Shown one piece after another: positions 33,867-44,145 of a stretch of 53,980 bases of DNA (position 1 is its first letter; every line of letters starts with the position of its first letter). A program made the position numbers and the translations under genes. The notes under the pieces were generated by a model, which had not been told where the DNA came from, made no database searches, and saw nothing but the letters and a program-made list of their open reading frames with translations. Where the stretch lies: NCBI GenBank assembly GCA_041739675.1, contig JBGSNL010000057.1, forward strand, positions 1 to 53,980. The letters are read 5' to 3'. The DNA comes from a bacterium (GTDB lineage: Bacteria > UBA10199 > 2-02-FULL-44-16 > DYJF01).

Positions 33867-36377
33867 ATGCGGCCGGAAATCACGAAAATACTTGGGTCCG
33901 TGGAGAAGCCCTACCGTTACATCGGCGGAGAGGCTGGCTCACGAAAAAAGGCGTGGGACGACGCGGCGGTCAGAATATGTCTAGCTTTTCCCGATACTTA
34001 CGAGATGGGGATGAGTAATGTCGGGCTCTCCATACTATATAATGTAGTGAACGACAGGCCCGATATGTTGGCGGAGAGGGCATTCGCTCCTTGGACCGAT
34101 ATGGAGGCGGAGCTTGTCAAAAACGGGTTGCCTCTTTTTTCGCTCGAATCGCAACGCCCCGTGAAGGATTTTGACGTCCTTGGAGTCGGCCTGCCTTACG
34201 AACTTTCTTATACGAACATTCTGACGATTCTCACGCTTTCGCAAATTCCACTTCGCGCGAAGGATCGCGATGAATCGCATCCCTTGGTGATCGCAGGCGG
34301 GCCGTCCGCTTTCAATCCTGAACCTGTCGCCGATTTTTTCGACGCGATCGTTTTGGGCGACGGAGAGAAAACCCTTCTGCAAATTCTTGATCTCGTTAAA
34401 GAGAAAAGGCCGCGCGATGAACTTTTTAAACGCCTTTCGGAAATAGACGGCGTCTATGTACCCTCCATTGGAAACAAAGTGAAAAAGGCGATTGCCTGGG
34501 ATATCGAGAATTCGCCGTATCCGGAAAAACCCCTTGTCGCTTATGCCGCCGTCCATGATCGAATTGGCATCGAAGTCGCGCGCGGCTGCACAAGGGGATG
34601 CAGATTCTGTCAGGCGGGGTTCATATATCGTCCGACGCGCGTCCGAACGCCTGAGACGGCGACGAAACTTGCGCTCTCGCAGCTTCAAAATTGCGGACAT
34701 GAGGACCTTTCTTTCCTGTCTTTGTCGCTTGGCGATTATCCATGTCTCAACGAGCTTTTGAAAAGTGTGGGCGATTCGTGGAAAGGTTCGCCAATCAATC
34801 CGCAGTTTCCGTCGCTCAGGGTCGAATCGTTATCGGATGAAACCCTGAACCTTCTGGGAAGCGCCCGGCACGGAAGTTTCACGCTGGCGCCTGAGGCCGC
34901 AACGGAGAGGATGCGCGCCGCGATCAACAAGGGCAACACAGACGAAGATCTTTACGTATCCGTTGAAAAAGTCTTCGCAGCCGGCTGGCATCAGATAAAA
35001 CTCTATTTCATGATCGGTCTTCCCGGCGAAACGCTGGGCGAGATTGAGGGAATAGTCGAGATGGCCAACCGCTGTCTCGACATCGGAAAAAAATATCACG
35101 GCCGCGCGGAGGTGACCGTTTCAACTTCCACCTTCGTGCCGAAATCGCACACGCCGCTGCAATGGGCGGCGCAGATTTCGATGGATGAAACTATTTCGAA
35201 GCAAGACTATCTGAAACGGCAATTGAGGCGCCGCGGGCTTTTCTACCGATGGCACAATGCGAAGATGAGCTTTCTTGAAGGCGTCTTTTCACGCGGCGAT
35301 CGAAGGTTATCTCAAGTGATCGAACACGCGTACCAACTTGGTGCAAGATTCGACGCGTGGGACGACAAGTTCGATTTTTCCATCTGGGAAAAGGCGCTTG
35401 CCGAAGAGGGGATCGATCCCAGCCAATATTTGCGTGCGCGCAATCAAGACGAAAAATTCCCGTGGGATCATTTATATACCGAACTCAAGCGCGACTTTCT
35501 GTGGCGGGAATATGAGAAGTCAAAGAGAGGCGAGTTCACCGAGGATTGCTCATCCGGTAAATGTACCGGATGCGGTGTTTGCGACGCCGGCGACGTAGGG
35601 GCTGTGGGATCAGGGGGTATCTCGGAAGCGGGCGCAACCATGGATATGATGCCGCGCCCGCTGAGAGATAAGGTGCGATTGCAGGCCGTAACCTGCAATC
35701 GACGCCGTCCCTCTGATCCCACAGCCCCGAAAGTCGTCGGCGCCGAGACATATAAATACCGTCTCCAATTATCAAAAACCGGTTCCGCGGCGTTTCTGGG
35801 TCATCTGGAATTTGGAAATGTCATCCGCCGCGCGCTCAGGCGCGCCGGGTTGCCGCTTCGCTACTCCGAGGGTTTTCATCCGCACGCGCGCTTGAGTTTC
35901 GGCAAGGCGCTTGCAGTTGGAATCGAAAGCGAATGCGAATTCTGCGATGTCGAACTGACGTCGTGCATGGATTCGAATGAAATTACGAAGCGCCTTGCCT
36001 CTGTATTTCCCGAAGGTGTCAGCGTAGTTTCGGCCGGCGAAATGTCGGGACCTTCGATCGAACGATCGATTGCCTCGACAAGTTACAGGATTGGTGGAAT
36101 AGATAAAAAGTGCTCAACTGAAGCGATTGCACGTTTTGAAGCCGTAGACAATGTGCCCTTCGCGCGCTTAAGGGGTGAGAAAACGGCAAATGTCGATTTG
36201 AAGGACTTTATCGCGGAGCTTGTCGTGGACGGCAATGATATGGTAGGGCTAACCCTCACCGAGCGTGAACCCATGATCCGCGTTTCGGAGGCGCTTCAGG
36301 GAATTTTCGGATTGCCGGGCGATGAAATTATCAATTTAAGGATCAGAAAGACAAAATGCCAAATGAACTTATCGTAA
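33867..36377 (+). CDS. B12-binding radical SAM protein (TIGR03960-type) fused to a radical SAM-linked domain (TIGR03936-type)
   Basis: KPYRYIGGE, FPDTYEMGMSN, RGCTRGCRFCQAG; C-terminal FLGHLE...YSEGFHPH..LSFG.ALAVGIESECE. Confidence 0.9.
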   Translation: MRPEITKILGSVEKPYRYIGGEAGSRKKAWDDAAVRICLAFPDTYEMGMSNVGLSILYNVVNDRPDMLAERAFAPWTDMEAELVKNGLPLFSLESQRPVKDFDVLGVGLPYELSYTNILTILTLSQIPLRAKDRDESHPLVIAGGPSAFNPEPVADFFDAIVLGDGEKTLLQILDLVKEKRPRDELFKRLSEIDGVYVPSIGNKVKKAIAWDIENSPYPEKPLVAYAAVHDRIGIEVARGCTRGCRFCQAGFIYRPTRVRTPETATKLALSQLQNCGHEDLSFLSLSLGDYPCLNELLKSVGDSWKGSPINPQFPSLRVESLSDETLNLLGSARHGSFTLAPEAATERMRAAINKGNTDEDLYVSVEKVFAAGWHQIKLYFMIGLPGETLGEIEGIVEMANRCLDIGKKYHGRAEVTVSTSTFVPKSHTPLQWAAQISMDETISKQDYLKRQLRRRGLFYRWHNAKMSFLEGVFSRGDRRLSQVIEHAYQLGARFDAWDDKFDFSIWEKALAEEGIDPSQYLRARNQDEKFPWDHLYTELKRDFLWREYEKSKRGEFTEDCSSGKCTGCGVCDAGDVGAVGSGGISEAGATMDMMPRPLRDKVRLQAVTCNRRRPSDPTAPKVVGAETYKYRLQLSKTGSAAFLGHLEFGNVIRRALRRAGLPLRYSEGFHPHARLSFGKALAVGIESECEFCDVELTSCMDSNEITKRLASVFPEGVSVVSAGEMSGPSIERSIASTSYRIGGIDKKCSTEAIARFEAVDNVPFARLRGEKTANVDLKDFIAELVVDGNDMVGLTLTEREPMIRVSEALQGIFGLPGDEIINLRIRKTKCQMNLS
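35585..35742. repeat. Structured palindromic (MITE/REPIN-like) element in frame within the radical SAM gene
   Basis: Perfect 16-bp IR GGGGCTGTGGGATCAG (35598-35613) / CTGATCCCACAGCCCC (35713-35728); inner stems AGCGGGCGC/GCGCCCGCT and CGATTGCAGG/CCTGCAATCG. Confidence 0.75.
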
Positions 36378-37894
36378 ACGTGACTTTGGGCGAGACCCGC
36401 GTGGCGCGTCTTGAAAACGGCGTTGTGGCCGAACTTTTCATCGAGCGCGCGCGCGAGCAGGGGGTGGTGGGCAACATATATAAAGGAAGAGTGGTGCGCG
36501 TGCTTCCCGGCATGCAGGCCGCCTTTGTCGATATCGGCCTCGACCGCACCGCGTTTCTGCACGCATCAGACGTCGTGAAGGATCTGGCGCAGCTGGGCGA
36601 GGACGACTCGAAACCCAAGGGTGAAGAAGGGTCGGACGACGACAGCGAAGAGGCGGTGGCGCGCCGTCCGAAACGGGCAAGGCCTTCCAGAAGCGACCGC
36701 TTCATCGAGAACATGCTGCAGGAGGGAAAAGACATACTCGTGCAGGTTGAAAAAGAGCCGATGGGAACAAAAGGTGCGAGGGTCTCCTCAAATCTTTCAC
36801 TTCCCGGACGCTATCTTGTTTACATGCCAACGGTCGATCACATCGGAGTGTCCCGCCGCATAGCGGACGCCGCCGAACGTCAGCGCTTGAAGCAGATGAT
36901 AGGCGAGATGCGTCCCGGAAGCGGCGGTTTCATTGTGCGTACTGTTTCAGAGGGAATTTCGCAAAAAGAGCTCAAGGCGGACATCGATTATCTCACCGAT
37001 CTCTGGAAGATCGTCGAAAAAAAGGCCGTCTCCGCGAAGGCGCCCTCTCTCGTCCATTCGGAGCTCGATGTCCTCTCGCGCGTCGTGCGCGATCATTTCA
37101 CGCCGGATATCGACAGGCTCGTCATCGACTCGCCCGATTCGCAAAAACGCGTGAAGGATTTCGTGACCACGTTCATGCCCCACGCAAAAAGCAGGGTGGA
37201 GCTCTACGGCGGGGGCGAACCCATCTTCGACGCGTTTGGAATCGAAATCGAGATTACGCGCGCGCTGGGCCAGAAAGTCTGGCTCAAGAGCGGCGGTTAC
37301 ATTATCATAGAGCAGACGGAGGCGCTGACCGCCATCGACGTCAATACGGGGCGGTTCGTCGGGCGCCGAAACGTCGAAGACACAATTTTGAAAACCAACC
37401 TCGAAGCCGTGAAAGAAATCGTCTATCAGCTGAGGCTTAGAAACATCGGCGGAATCATCATTTTGGATTTCATCGATATGGAGCGCCCCGCCAACCGCCA
37501 GAAAGTTTTTGCGGCGCTGAAAGAAGCTTTGAAAGCGGACCGTGCGCGCACAACAATCACAAAAATTTCCGAGCTGGGTCTTGTTGAGATGACGCGCGCG
37601 CGCACAAGAGAAGACTTGCGCCATCAGCTCACCAATGCGTGCCAGTATTGCGAGGGAAAAGGATATTTGAAGAGCCCCACCACCGTCTGCTACGAGCTCT
37701 TCCGCGAAATTCAGCGCGAAGCGGCGATGATGAAAGGCCGCCAGATTTTCGTGAGTTGCCACTCTTCGGTCGCCGGCGTTCTCTACGACGAGGAGCGCGC
37801 GCAAGTGGAAGAACTCGAAAAGCGCTTCAAAAAACGAATCACCATCAAGAGTATTCCGGAATACCATCTGGAACAATTCGATGTAGCGGAATAA
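36356..37894 (+). CDS. rng: Ribonuclease G (Rne/Rng family)
   Basis: GNIYKGRVVRVLPGMQAAFVDIG, TEALTAIDVNTG, LRNIGGIIILDFIDM, CQYCEGKG. Confidence 0.92.
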   Translation: MPNELIVNVTLGETRVARLENGVVAELFIERAREQGVVGNIYKGRVVRVLPGMQAAFVDIGLDRTAFLHASDVVKDLAQLGEDDSKPKGEEGSDDDSEEAVARRPKRARPSRSDRFIENMLQEGKDILVQVEKEPMGTKGARVSSNLSLPGRYLVYMPTVDHIGVSRRIADAAERQRLKQMIGEMRPGSGGFIVRTVSEGISQKELKADIDYLTDLWKIVEKKAVSAKAPSLVHSELDVLSRVVRDHFTPDIDRLVIDSPDSQKRVKDFVTTFMPHAKSRVELYGGGEPIFDAFGIEIEITRALGQKVWLKSGGYIIIEQTEALTAIDVNTGRFVGRRNVEDTILKTNLEAVKEIVYQLRLRNIGGIIILDFIDMERPANRQKVFAALKEALKADRARTTITKISELGLVEMTRARTREDLRHQLTNACQYCEGKGYLKSPTTVCYELFREIQREAAMMKGRQIFVSCHSSVAGVLYDEERAQVEELEKRFKKRITIKSIPEYHLEQFDVAE

Positions 37895-37897
37895 AGT

Positions 37898-37952
37898 AGG
37901 GGACACTTCTCCTGTTCACGCGGATCCCATGTGAAAATGAGAAGTGTCCCCT
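37898..37952. repeat. 55-bp REP-like palindrome, copy 1
   Basis: AGGGGACACTTCTC-N27-GAGAAGTGTCCCCT just after the rng stop. Confidence 0.85.
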
Positions 37953-37961
37953 CTTGAGGTA

Positions 37962-38204
37962 TTAAAACTGTATCGTGATAAACGCGCGGGTGGGTTTGAG
38001 TGTGAAGCTGACGTTTTTGGCGTCCTGCGATTCGAAGCGCTTGCCCTGGGCAACCCTGTTGATGACCTGAATCATGTCGGGCTTATTGGGCTCTTTTTGG
38101 GTGATCTTGTGCACCTGTTTGGGCGGTTTCTTTGTCTGGGCCGGTGACGCCGAAGCCGCCAGAAGTGACGCAAGAATTAGGGCAAGAGAGACAAGGACCT
38201 TCAT
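37962..38204 (-). CDS. Small secreted hypothetical protein
   Basis: MKVLVSLALILASLLAASASPA-Q signal peptide; SD GGTGGAG; preceded by the GCAAC...GCCGATAA motif. Confidence 0.55.
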   Translation of the reverse strand: MKVLVSLALILASLLAASASPAQTKKPPKQVHKITQKEPNKPDMIQVINRVAQGKRFESQDAKNVSFTLKPTRAFITIQF

Positions 38205-38224
38205 ATATGTCATCTCCACCCTTG

Positions 38225-38251
38225 TTATCGGCAAATAGCCCTAAAAGTTGC
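38225..38251 (-). promoter_or_regulatory. Alternative-sigma (sigma28-like -10) promoter motif, copy 3
   Basis: Minus strand GCAACTTT-N11-GCCGATAA. Confidence 0.6.
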
Positions 38252-38333
38252 TTGATTTTAATCCCCTTGACTTTATAGGCTCTTTTGCGGTAGCAAAGTG
38301 CGCCTTTTAGCAAGGAAAAATAAGGAGTTAACG

Positions 38334-38645
38334 ATGTATGCCGTCATAGCAACAGGTGGGAAGCAGTACAAGGTCGAGGAAGGGAAAAGCGTCCGCGTGG
38401 AAAAACTTCCGGGTGATGTTGGAGCGGACGTAACCTTCGAAGAGGTGCTCCTTGTCGGAACTGAAGCCGAGCCGAAGATCGGCACGCCTCACGTTTCCGG
38501 AGCCACGGTCGCCGCAAAAATTCTGGCGCAGGACCGCGCGCGCAAAATAATCGTATATAAGAAGAAGCGCAGGAAAGGTTACGAAAAGCGCTACGGCCAC
38601 AGGCAGCCCTATACGGAAGTGAAAATAACGAAGATCAAAGCTTAA
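38334..38645 (+). CDS. rplU: 50S ribosomal protein L21
   Basis: MYAVIATGGKQYKV...GHRQPYT; SD TAAGGAG. Confidence 0.97.
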   Translation: MYAVIATGGKQYKVEEGKSVRVEKLPGDVGADVTFEEVLLVGTEAEPKIGTPHVSGATVAAKILAQDRARKIIVYKKKRRKGYEKRYGHRQPYTEVKITKIKA

Positions 38646-38658
38646 GGTGGAGTAGATT

Positions 38659-38922
38659 ATGGCAAGCAAGACACATGCGGTTAACGGAAGAAATTCTCAA
38701 GGGCAGAGGCTCGGCGTGAAGCGTTTTGCCGGCCAGGTCGTGAAGGCGGGAAACATCCTCGTGCGCCAGCGCGGCACGCAAGTGCACGCTGGAAAAAACG
38801 TCGGCACCGGCAAAGATTACACACTTTTTGCGATGGTGACTGGAACCGTTCAGTACACGCGCGGGGTGAAGAACCGCAAATTCGTCAGCATCATTCCGCA
38901 GGCAGAAATCACGGCGAAGTGA
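38659..38922 (+). CDS. rpmA: 50S ribosomal protein L27
   Basis: [34 protein letters not shown]; follows rplU. Confidence 0.96.
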   Translation: MASKTHAVNGRNSQGQRLGVKRFAGQVVKAGNILVRQRGTQVHAGKNVGTGKDYTLFAMVTGTVQYTRGVKNRKFVSIIPQAEITAK

Positions 38923-38948
38923 ATGGGAAAATTTTGCATCGTATTTAA

Positions 38949-39985
<1,037 letters not shown>

Positions 39986-39986
<1 letters not shown>

Positions 39987-40040
39987 GGGGACACTTCTCC
40001 TGTTTACGCGAATCCCATGCGAAAATGAGAAGTGTCCCCT
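39986..40040. repeat. 55-bp REP-like palindrome, copy 2
   Basis: Same arms as 37898-37952, with 3 differences in the loop; abuts the obgE stop. Confidence 0.85.
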
Positions 40041-40094
40041 CCAGCGCACATCGCATCCCACAACACTATTGCCTTGAGGAGAGAACCGTCTATA

Positions 40095-40481
40095 ATGGTG
40101 AAAGTGAAAAAGAAGGTGACAAGGGGCAAAACGTCGCGCACGCTTGTGAGGCGCATAGCCGAGGCGGCCTCGGATCACAAGGCGGAAGACATCGTCGTTC
40201 TGGATCTGAGAAAGGTGCACGGCTTCACCGATTTTTTCGTAATCTGCACCGGCCGCTCCGACAGGCACGTTCTTTCGATAGCCGACGCAATCGAAGAGGA
40301 GATGACAAAGCACAGGGAGCGCCTCTTGAGCGAAGAGGGTTACCGCCTCGGGCATTGGGTGGTTTTAGATTACGGCAATGTCGTCGCCCATATTTTTTAT
40401 CCTGCAGAGCGCGAGCACTACAGGCTTGAAAAACTCTGGGGCGACGTTCCGCGCGTCGAAATGAAGGGAATAACCGTATGA
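40095..40481 (+). CDS. rsfS: Ribosome silencing factor
   Basis: KAEDIVVLDL...TDFFVICTG.SDRHV, WVVLDYGNVVAHIF...R..Y.LEKLW. Confidence 0.93.
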   Translation: MVKVKKKVTRGKTSRTLVRRIAEAASDHKAEDIVVLDLRKVHGFTDFFVICTGRSDRHVLSIADAIEEEMTKHRERLLSEEGYRLGHWVVLDYGNVVAHIFYPAEREHYRLEKLWGDVPRVEMKGITV

Positions 40482-42022
40482 CACAGGTGCCAAAACCTCT
40501 GATGCTTATGATCCTTGACGGATGGGGCTACCGCGAAGATAAAAAAGACAACGCGATCGAATCGGGAAAAACCCCCAACTGGCACAGGCTCTGGAACGAA
40601 TATCCCCATACGACACTTGTATGTTCCGGCGAGGCGGTGGGGCTGCCAGCGGGCACGATGGGAAATTCGGAAGTGGGCCACTTGAACATCGGCGCGGGCC
40701 GGGTCGTCTATCAGGATTTCACGCGCATCAACAAAGCGGTCAAGGACCGCTCATTTTTCAAGAACGAAGTCCTGAAAGATTGCTTCAAAAAAGTAATCAC
40801 AGCAAAGGGCGCGCTCCATCTCATGGGTCTTTGTTCCGATATCGGAGTGCACGCGCACATTAATCATCTCTTCGCGCTTCTGGATTTTGCCAAGAGCGCG
40901 GGCGTTCCAAAAGTGTTCATCCACTGTTTCACCGACGGCCGCGATTCGCCCCCCGATTCCGGGGCGGGATACATCAAAAAAATCGAAGAGAAGGCGCTGG
41001 ACGTGGGCAACGCAAAGATCGCAACGATCATGGGCCGCTACTATGCCATGGACCGCGACAAGAGGTGGGACCGCGTCGAAAAAGCCTACCGCGCTATCGT
41101 TGACGGAATCGGTGTCTCGGCGTCTTTCAGCGAAGAGGCGGTCTGCAGATCGTACGAAAAGGGGGAGACCGACGAGTTCATAGTTCCAACGGTGATCACC
41201 GACCACGGCCGCACGATCGCAACGATGAACGACGGAGACGCGGTCGTTTTCTTCAACTTCCGCTCCGATCGCGCGCGCGAAATTACAAGCGCGCTGGCGT
41301 TTGAAAAGTTCGACGGCTTCAAGAGGGAGAGGGTTCCGAAACTTTCGTCGTACGTCTGCATGACGGAATATAACGAGACGTTCGGTCTGCCCACGGCGTT
41401 TCCGCCCGAGAAACTCGCGAACATACTGGGCGAGGTGATAAGCAGGAACGGTTTGAAGCAGCTGCGCATCGCGGAGACCGAAAAATACGCGCACGTCACC
41501 TTCTTTTTCAACGGAGGCGAGGAAAAGAAATTCGAGGGCGAAGACAGGGTTTTAATCCCCTCTCCGCGCGACGTGCCGACCTACGACAAAAAACCTGAGA
41601 TGAGCGCCTATCTCGTCACCGACGAGGTGATCAAAAGGATAGAGAGCGGCGCATATGACGTCATCATCTTAAATTTCGCCAACGGGGACATGGTGGGCCA
41701 CACCGGCATCATGGATGCGGCGCTAAAGGCGGTAGAGACGGTTGATACCTGCATAGGGCGCATCGTCCCTGCGGTCCTGAAGAACGGCGGGGCACTTTTC
41801 ATCACCGCCGATCATGGCAACTGCGAAGAGATGAAAGACGACCACGGCGGCCCGATGACCGCACACACGACCGATCCGGTCCCCATCATATATATATCGA
41901 ACGATGCGGTGAAGTCGAAGCTCCGGACGGGAGGCGGTCTTTCAGATATTGCGCCCACGATGTTAAAACTCTTGCAGATTTCCAAGCCGGATGAGATGAC
42001 AGGCAAGTCATTAATCACGTAA
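40478..42022 (+). CDS. gpmI: 2,3-bisphosphoglycerate-independent phosphoglycerate mutase
   Basis: ILDGWG, MGNSEVGH, GRYYAMDRD, AETEKYAHVTFFFNGG, DMVGHTG, TADHGN. Confidence 0.97.
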   Translation: MTQVPKPLMLMILDGWGYREDKKDNAIESGKTPNWHRLWNEYPHTTLVCSGEAVGLPAGTMGNSEVGHLNIGAGRVVYQDFTRINKAVKDRSFFKNEVLKDCFKKVITAKGALHLMGLCSDIGVHAHINHLFALLDFAKSAGVPKVFIHCFTDGRDSPPDSGAGYIKKIEEKALDVGNAKIATIMGRYYAMDRDKRWDRVEKAYRAIVDGIGVSASFSEEAVCRSYEKGETDEFIVPTVITDHGRTIATMNDGDAVVFFNFRSDRAREITSALAFEKFDGFKRERVPKLSSYVCMTEYNETFGLPTAFPPEKLANILGEVISRNGLKQLRIAETEKYAHVTFFFNGGEEKKFEGEDRVLIPSPRDVPTYDKKPEMSAYLVTDEVIKRIESGAYDVIILNFANGDMVGHTGIMDAALKAVETVDTCIGRIVPAVLKNGGALFITADHGNCEEMKDDHGGPMTAHTTDPVPIIYISNDAVKSKLRTGGGLSDIAPTMLKLLQISKPDEMTGKSLIT

Positions 42023-42027
42023 AGCTG

Positions 42028-42675
42028 ATGCGCTCTCTTTTCGACCTCATCTTTCCCCCCAGGTGCCCGCTCTGTGACGATTTTTACCCGAAACGAACCG
42101 TTTGTGAAAACTGCTCCGAGTCGATTCATTTTCTTGAAGGGGATTTTGCCGCGCCTCATCTGGAGCGTATATGGTTTGGCCGGGCGCGTTCATGTTTTGC
42201 TTATGAGGGTAAAATCATGGATGCGATCCACGGTCTCAAATATTCGCGACGTTTTGATCTTGTTCCCGTTTTCACCGATTATCTGGCAGGTGAGGCGAAG
42301 GCAATGGGGCCATATGACGTCATCATGCCAGTGCCGCTCCACTGGTGGCGCCTCTGGCGGCGGGGATACAACCAGTCGGCCCTCCTCGCGCGCGCGATTG
42401 GGAAGAGACTCGGCGCCGAGGTCTGTTGCCATATTTTGAAAAAGAAAAGAAACGCGGCCCCTCAAGTTGGTCTTCATCGCGACGAGCGCCTCCATAATAT
42501 CAAGGATGCATTTTCAATCGATCGAAGAAAAGCTGCGCGTCTCGTCGAAGCCAAAGTGCTCCTTATAGACGACGTCCTCACCACCGGCGCCACGGCCAAC
42601 GAATGCGCCAAAACCCTCATCAAGAAAGCCCATTGCAAAAGTGTCGACATCCTCACGATTGCAAGGACGATGTGA
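42028..42675 (+). CDS. ComF family protein (Zn ribbon + PRTase)
   Basis: FPPRCPLC..CENC, PVPLH..R...RGYNQS, LIDDVLTTGAT. Confidence 0.9.
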   Translation: MRSLFDLIFPPRCPLCDDFYPKRTVCENCSESIHFLEGDFAAPHLERIWFGRARSCFAYEGKIMDAIHGLKYSRRFDLVPVFTDYLAGEAKAMGPYDVIMPVPLHWWRLWRRGYNQSALLARAIGKRLGAEVCCHILKKKRNAAPQVGLHRDERLHNIKDAFSIDRRKAARLVEAKVLLIDDVLTTGATANECAKTLIKKAHCKSVDILTIARTM

Positions 42676-42694
42676 TCTGTGGTAAGAAGTTTTA

Positions 42695-43477
42695 ATGGCT
42701 GACTATCTTTCAGTTGCAATCGATTTTGCGCGGCGGGCGGGTAAAACGCAGATGGATCATCTCGGGCGCGTGAAGCAAATCGAGCGCAAGGGGGCGATCA
42801 ATCTCGTCACGGAAGTAGACAAACTCTGCGAAAAACTCATCTTTGAAGGCATTCATAGTGCCTTTCCCGACCATGACGTTCTTGGCGAAGAGGGGATCGC
42901 CGAGCGCAGAAAATCCGAGTTTCGCTGGATCGTCGATCCTCTGGACGGCACCACGAACTACGCCCACAGTTTTCCTTTTTTCGGCGTGTCTATAGCGCTC
43001 GAACACAAAGAGGATATCGTCTGCGGAGTTGTCTATGACCCCGTTCGCGACGAGATTTTTGCGGCTGAAAAGGGCAAGGGCGCCACATTAAACGGTTCCC
43101 CCGTCCGTGTCTCGGTGGCTCCAAACCTCAAAGAATCGTTGCTTGCGACCGGTTTTGCGTATAGTGTGCAGGAGAAAGGGCGCCCGGACAATCTGGACAA
43201 TTTCGAGGCGTTCATCAAGACCGCGTTAGCGGTCAGGCGCCCGGGGGCGGCGGCAATAGATCTTGCGTATGTCGCCTGCGGAAGGCTTGACGGCTTCTGG
43301 GAGCTCTTTTTAAAACCGTGGGATATTGCGGCCGGTATCATTATTATAAGGGAGGCCGGGGGCAAGGTGACCGATTTTGACGGCGCCCCCATTGATGTTT
43401 ACGGCACGGAGATATTAGCTTCCAATGGCAAAATTCATAAAGAAATGATAGAAGTGTTGTCGGCGGGAAAAAAATGA
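42695..43477 (+). CDS. suhB: Inositol monophosphatase family protein
   Basis: LVTEVD, LGEE, WIVDPLDGTTNYAH, LKPWDIAAG. Confidence 0.88.
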   Translation: MADYLSVAIDFARRAGKTQMDHLGRVKQIERKGAINLVTEVDKLCEKLIFEGIHSAFPDHDVLGEEGIAERRKSEFRWIVDPLDGTTNYAHSFPFFGVSIALEHKEDIVCGVVYDPVRDEIFAAEKGKGATLNGSPVRVSVAPNLKESLLATGFAYSVQEKGRPDNLDNFEAFIKTALAVRRPGAAAIDLAYVACGRLDGFWELFLKPWDIAAGIIIIREAGGKVTDFDGAPIDVYGTEILASNGKIHKEMIEVLSAGKK

Positions 43478-44145
43478 TAGATCCGAACAAAAAAGAGCCC
43501 TCGCAAGTAAATCCCAGCGAAGTCTGCTACCGCGCCTTTGAGCTCATTTCGGCAAAACAGTTTGCCGATGCCGAAAAACTTCTTGCGGGCAACATGGCGC
43601 GCACCGACGATAACGTTGCGATCGCGCTTTATCATTCCGTTCTTGGCGTTCTCTTTAAACTTCAGGGGGAATATAAAACCGCGTGGCGCCACTACGAGCG
43701 AGCGGAAAAACTCATGCCGGATGATCCCGCCCTCAAGATAATATCGGCCAGGCTTCTCATAGACCAGTTTGCGGAGTACCATCAGGCGATTAAGCGCGCG
43801 AAAAAAGTTCTGGATCTCTCGAAAGGCAATCCCGTTTTTGCGCATCAGGCCTACACAACGATGGGACTTGCGTATTGCAAAAAGGGCGACAGGAAAAAAA
43901 CTCTGGAGATGCTGGATCAATCCATCATTGAGGATTTTGCGCCCTTCGTCACCGCGAAGAACATCGACTATGAACTCGTGGAAGCGGTCTTGAGAAGGGG
44001 CTGGGGGCAGGATCAGGCAAGAAAATTTTTGGAGAAGGCGCTGGCGTTTGCGGTGAAGACGAAAGAGGATCAGCATATAAATCTGCTCCAGAAGATGATC
44101 GCCGCGTTTGAAACAGAATATCCTTCAAAGGAAGTTCCCTCGTGA
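43474..44145 (+). CDS. TPR-like hypothetical protein
   Basis: Helical repeats (LGVLFKLQGEYKTAWRHYERA; AYTTMGLAYCKKGD); coupled to both neighbours. Confidence 0.7.
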   Translation: MIDPNKKEPSQVNPSEVCYRAFELISAKQFADAEKLLAGNMARTDDNVAIALYHSVLGVLFKLQGEYKTAWRHYERAEKLMPDDPALKIISARLLIDQFAEYHQAIKRAKKVLDLSKGNPVFAHQAYTTMGLAYCKKGDRKKTLEMLDQSIIEDFAPFVTAKNIDYELVEAVLRRGWGQDQARKFLEKALAFAVKTKEDQHINLLQKMIAAFETEYPSKEVPS

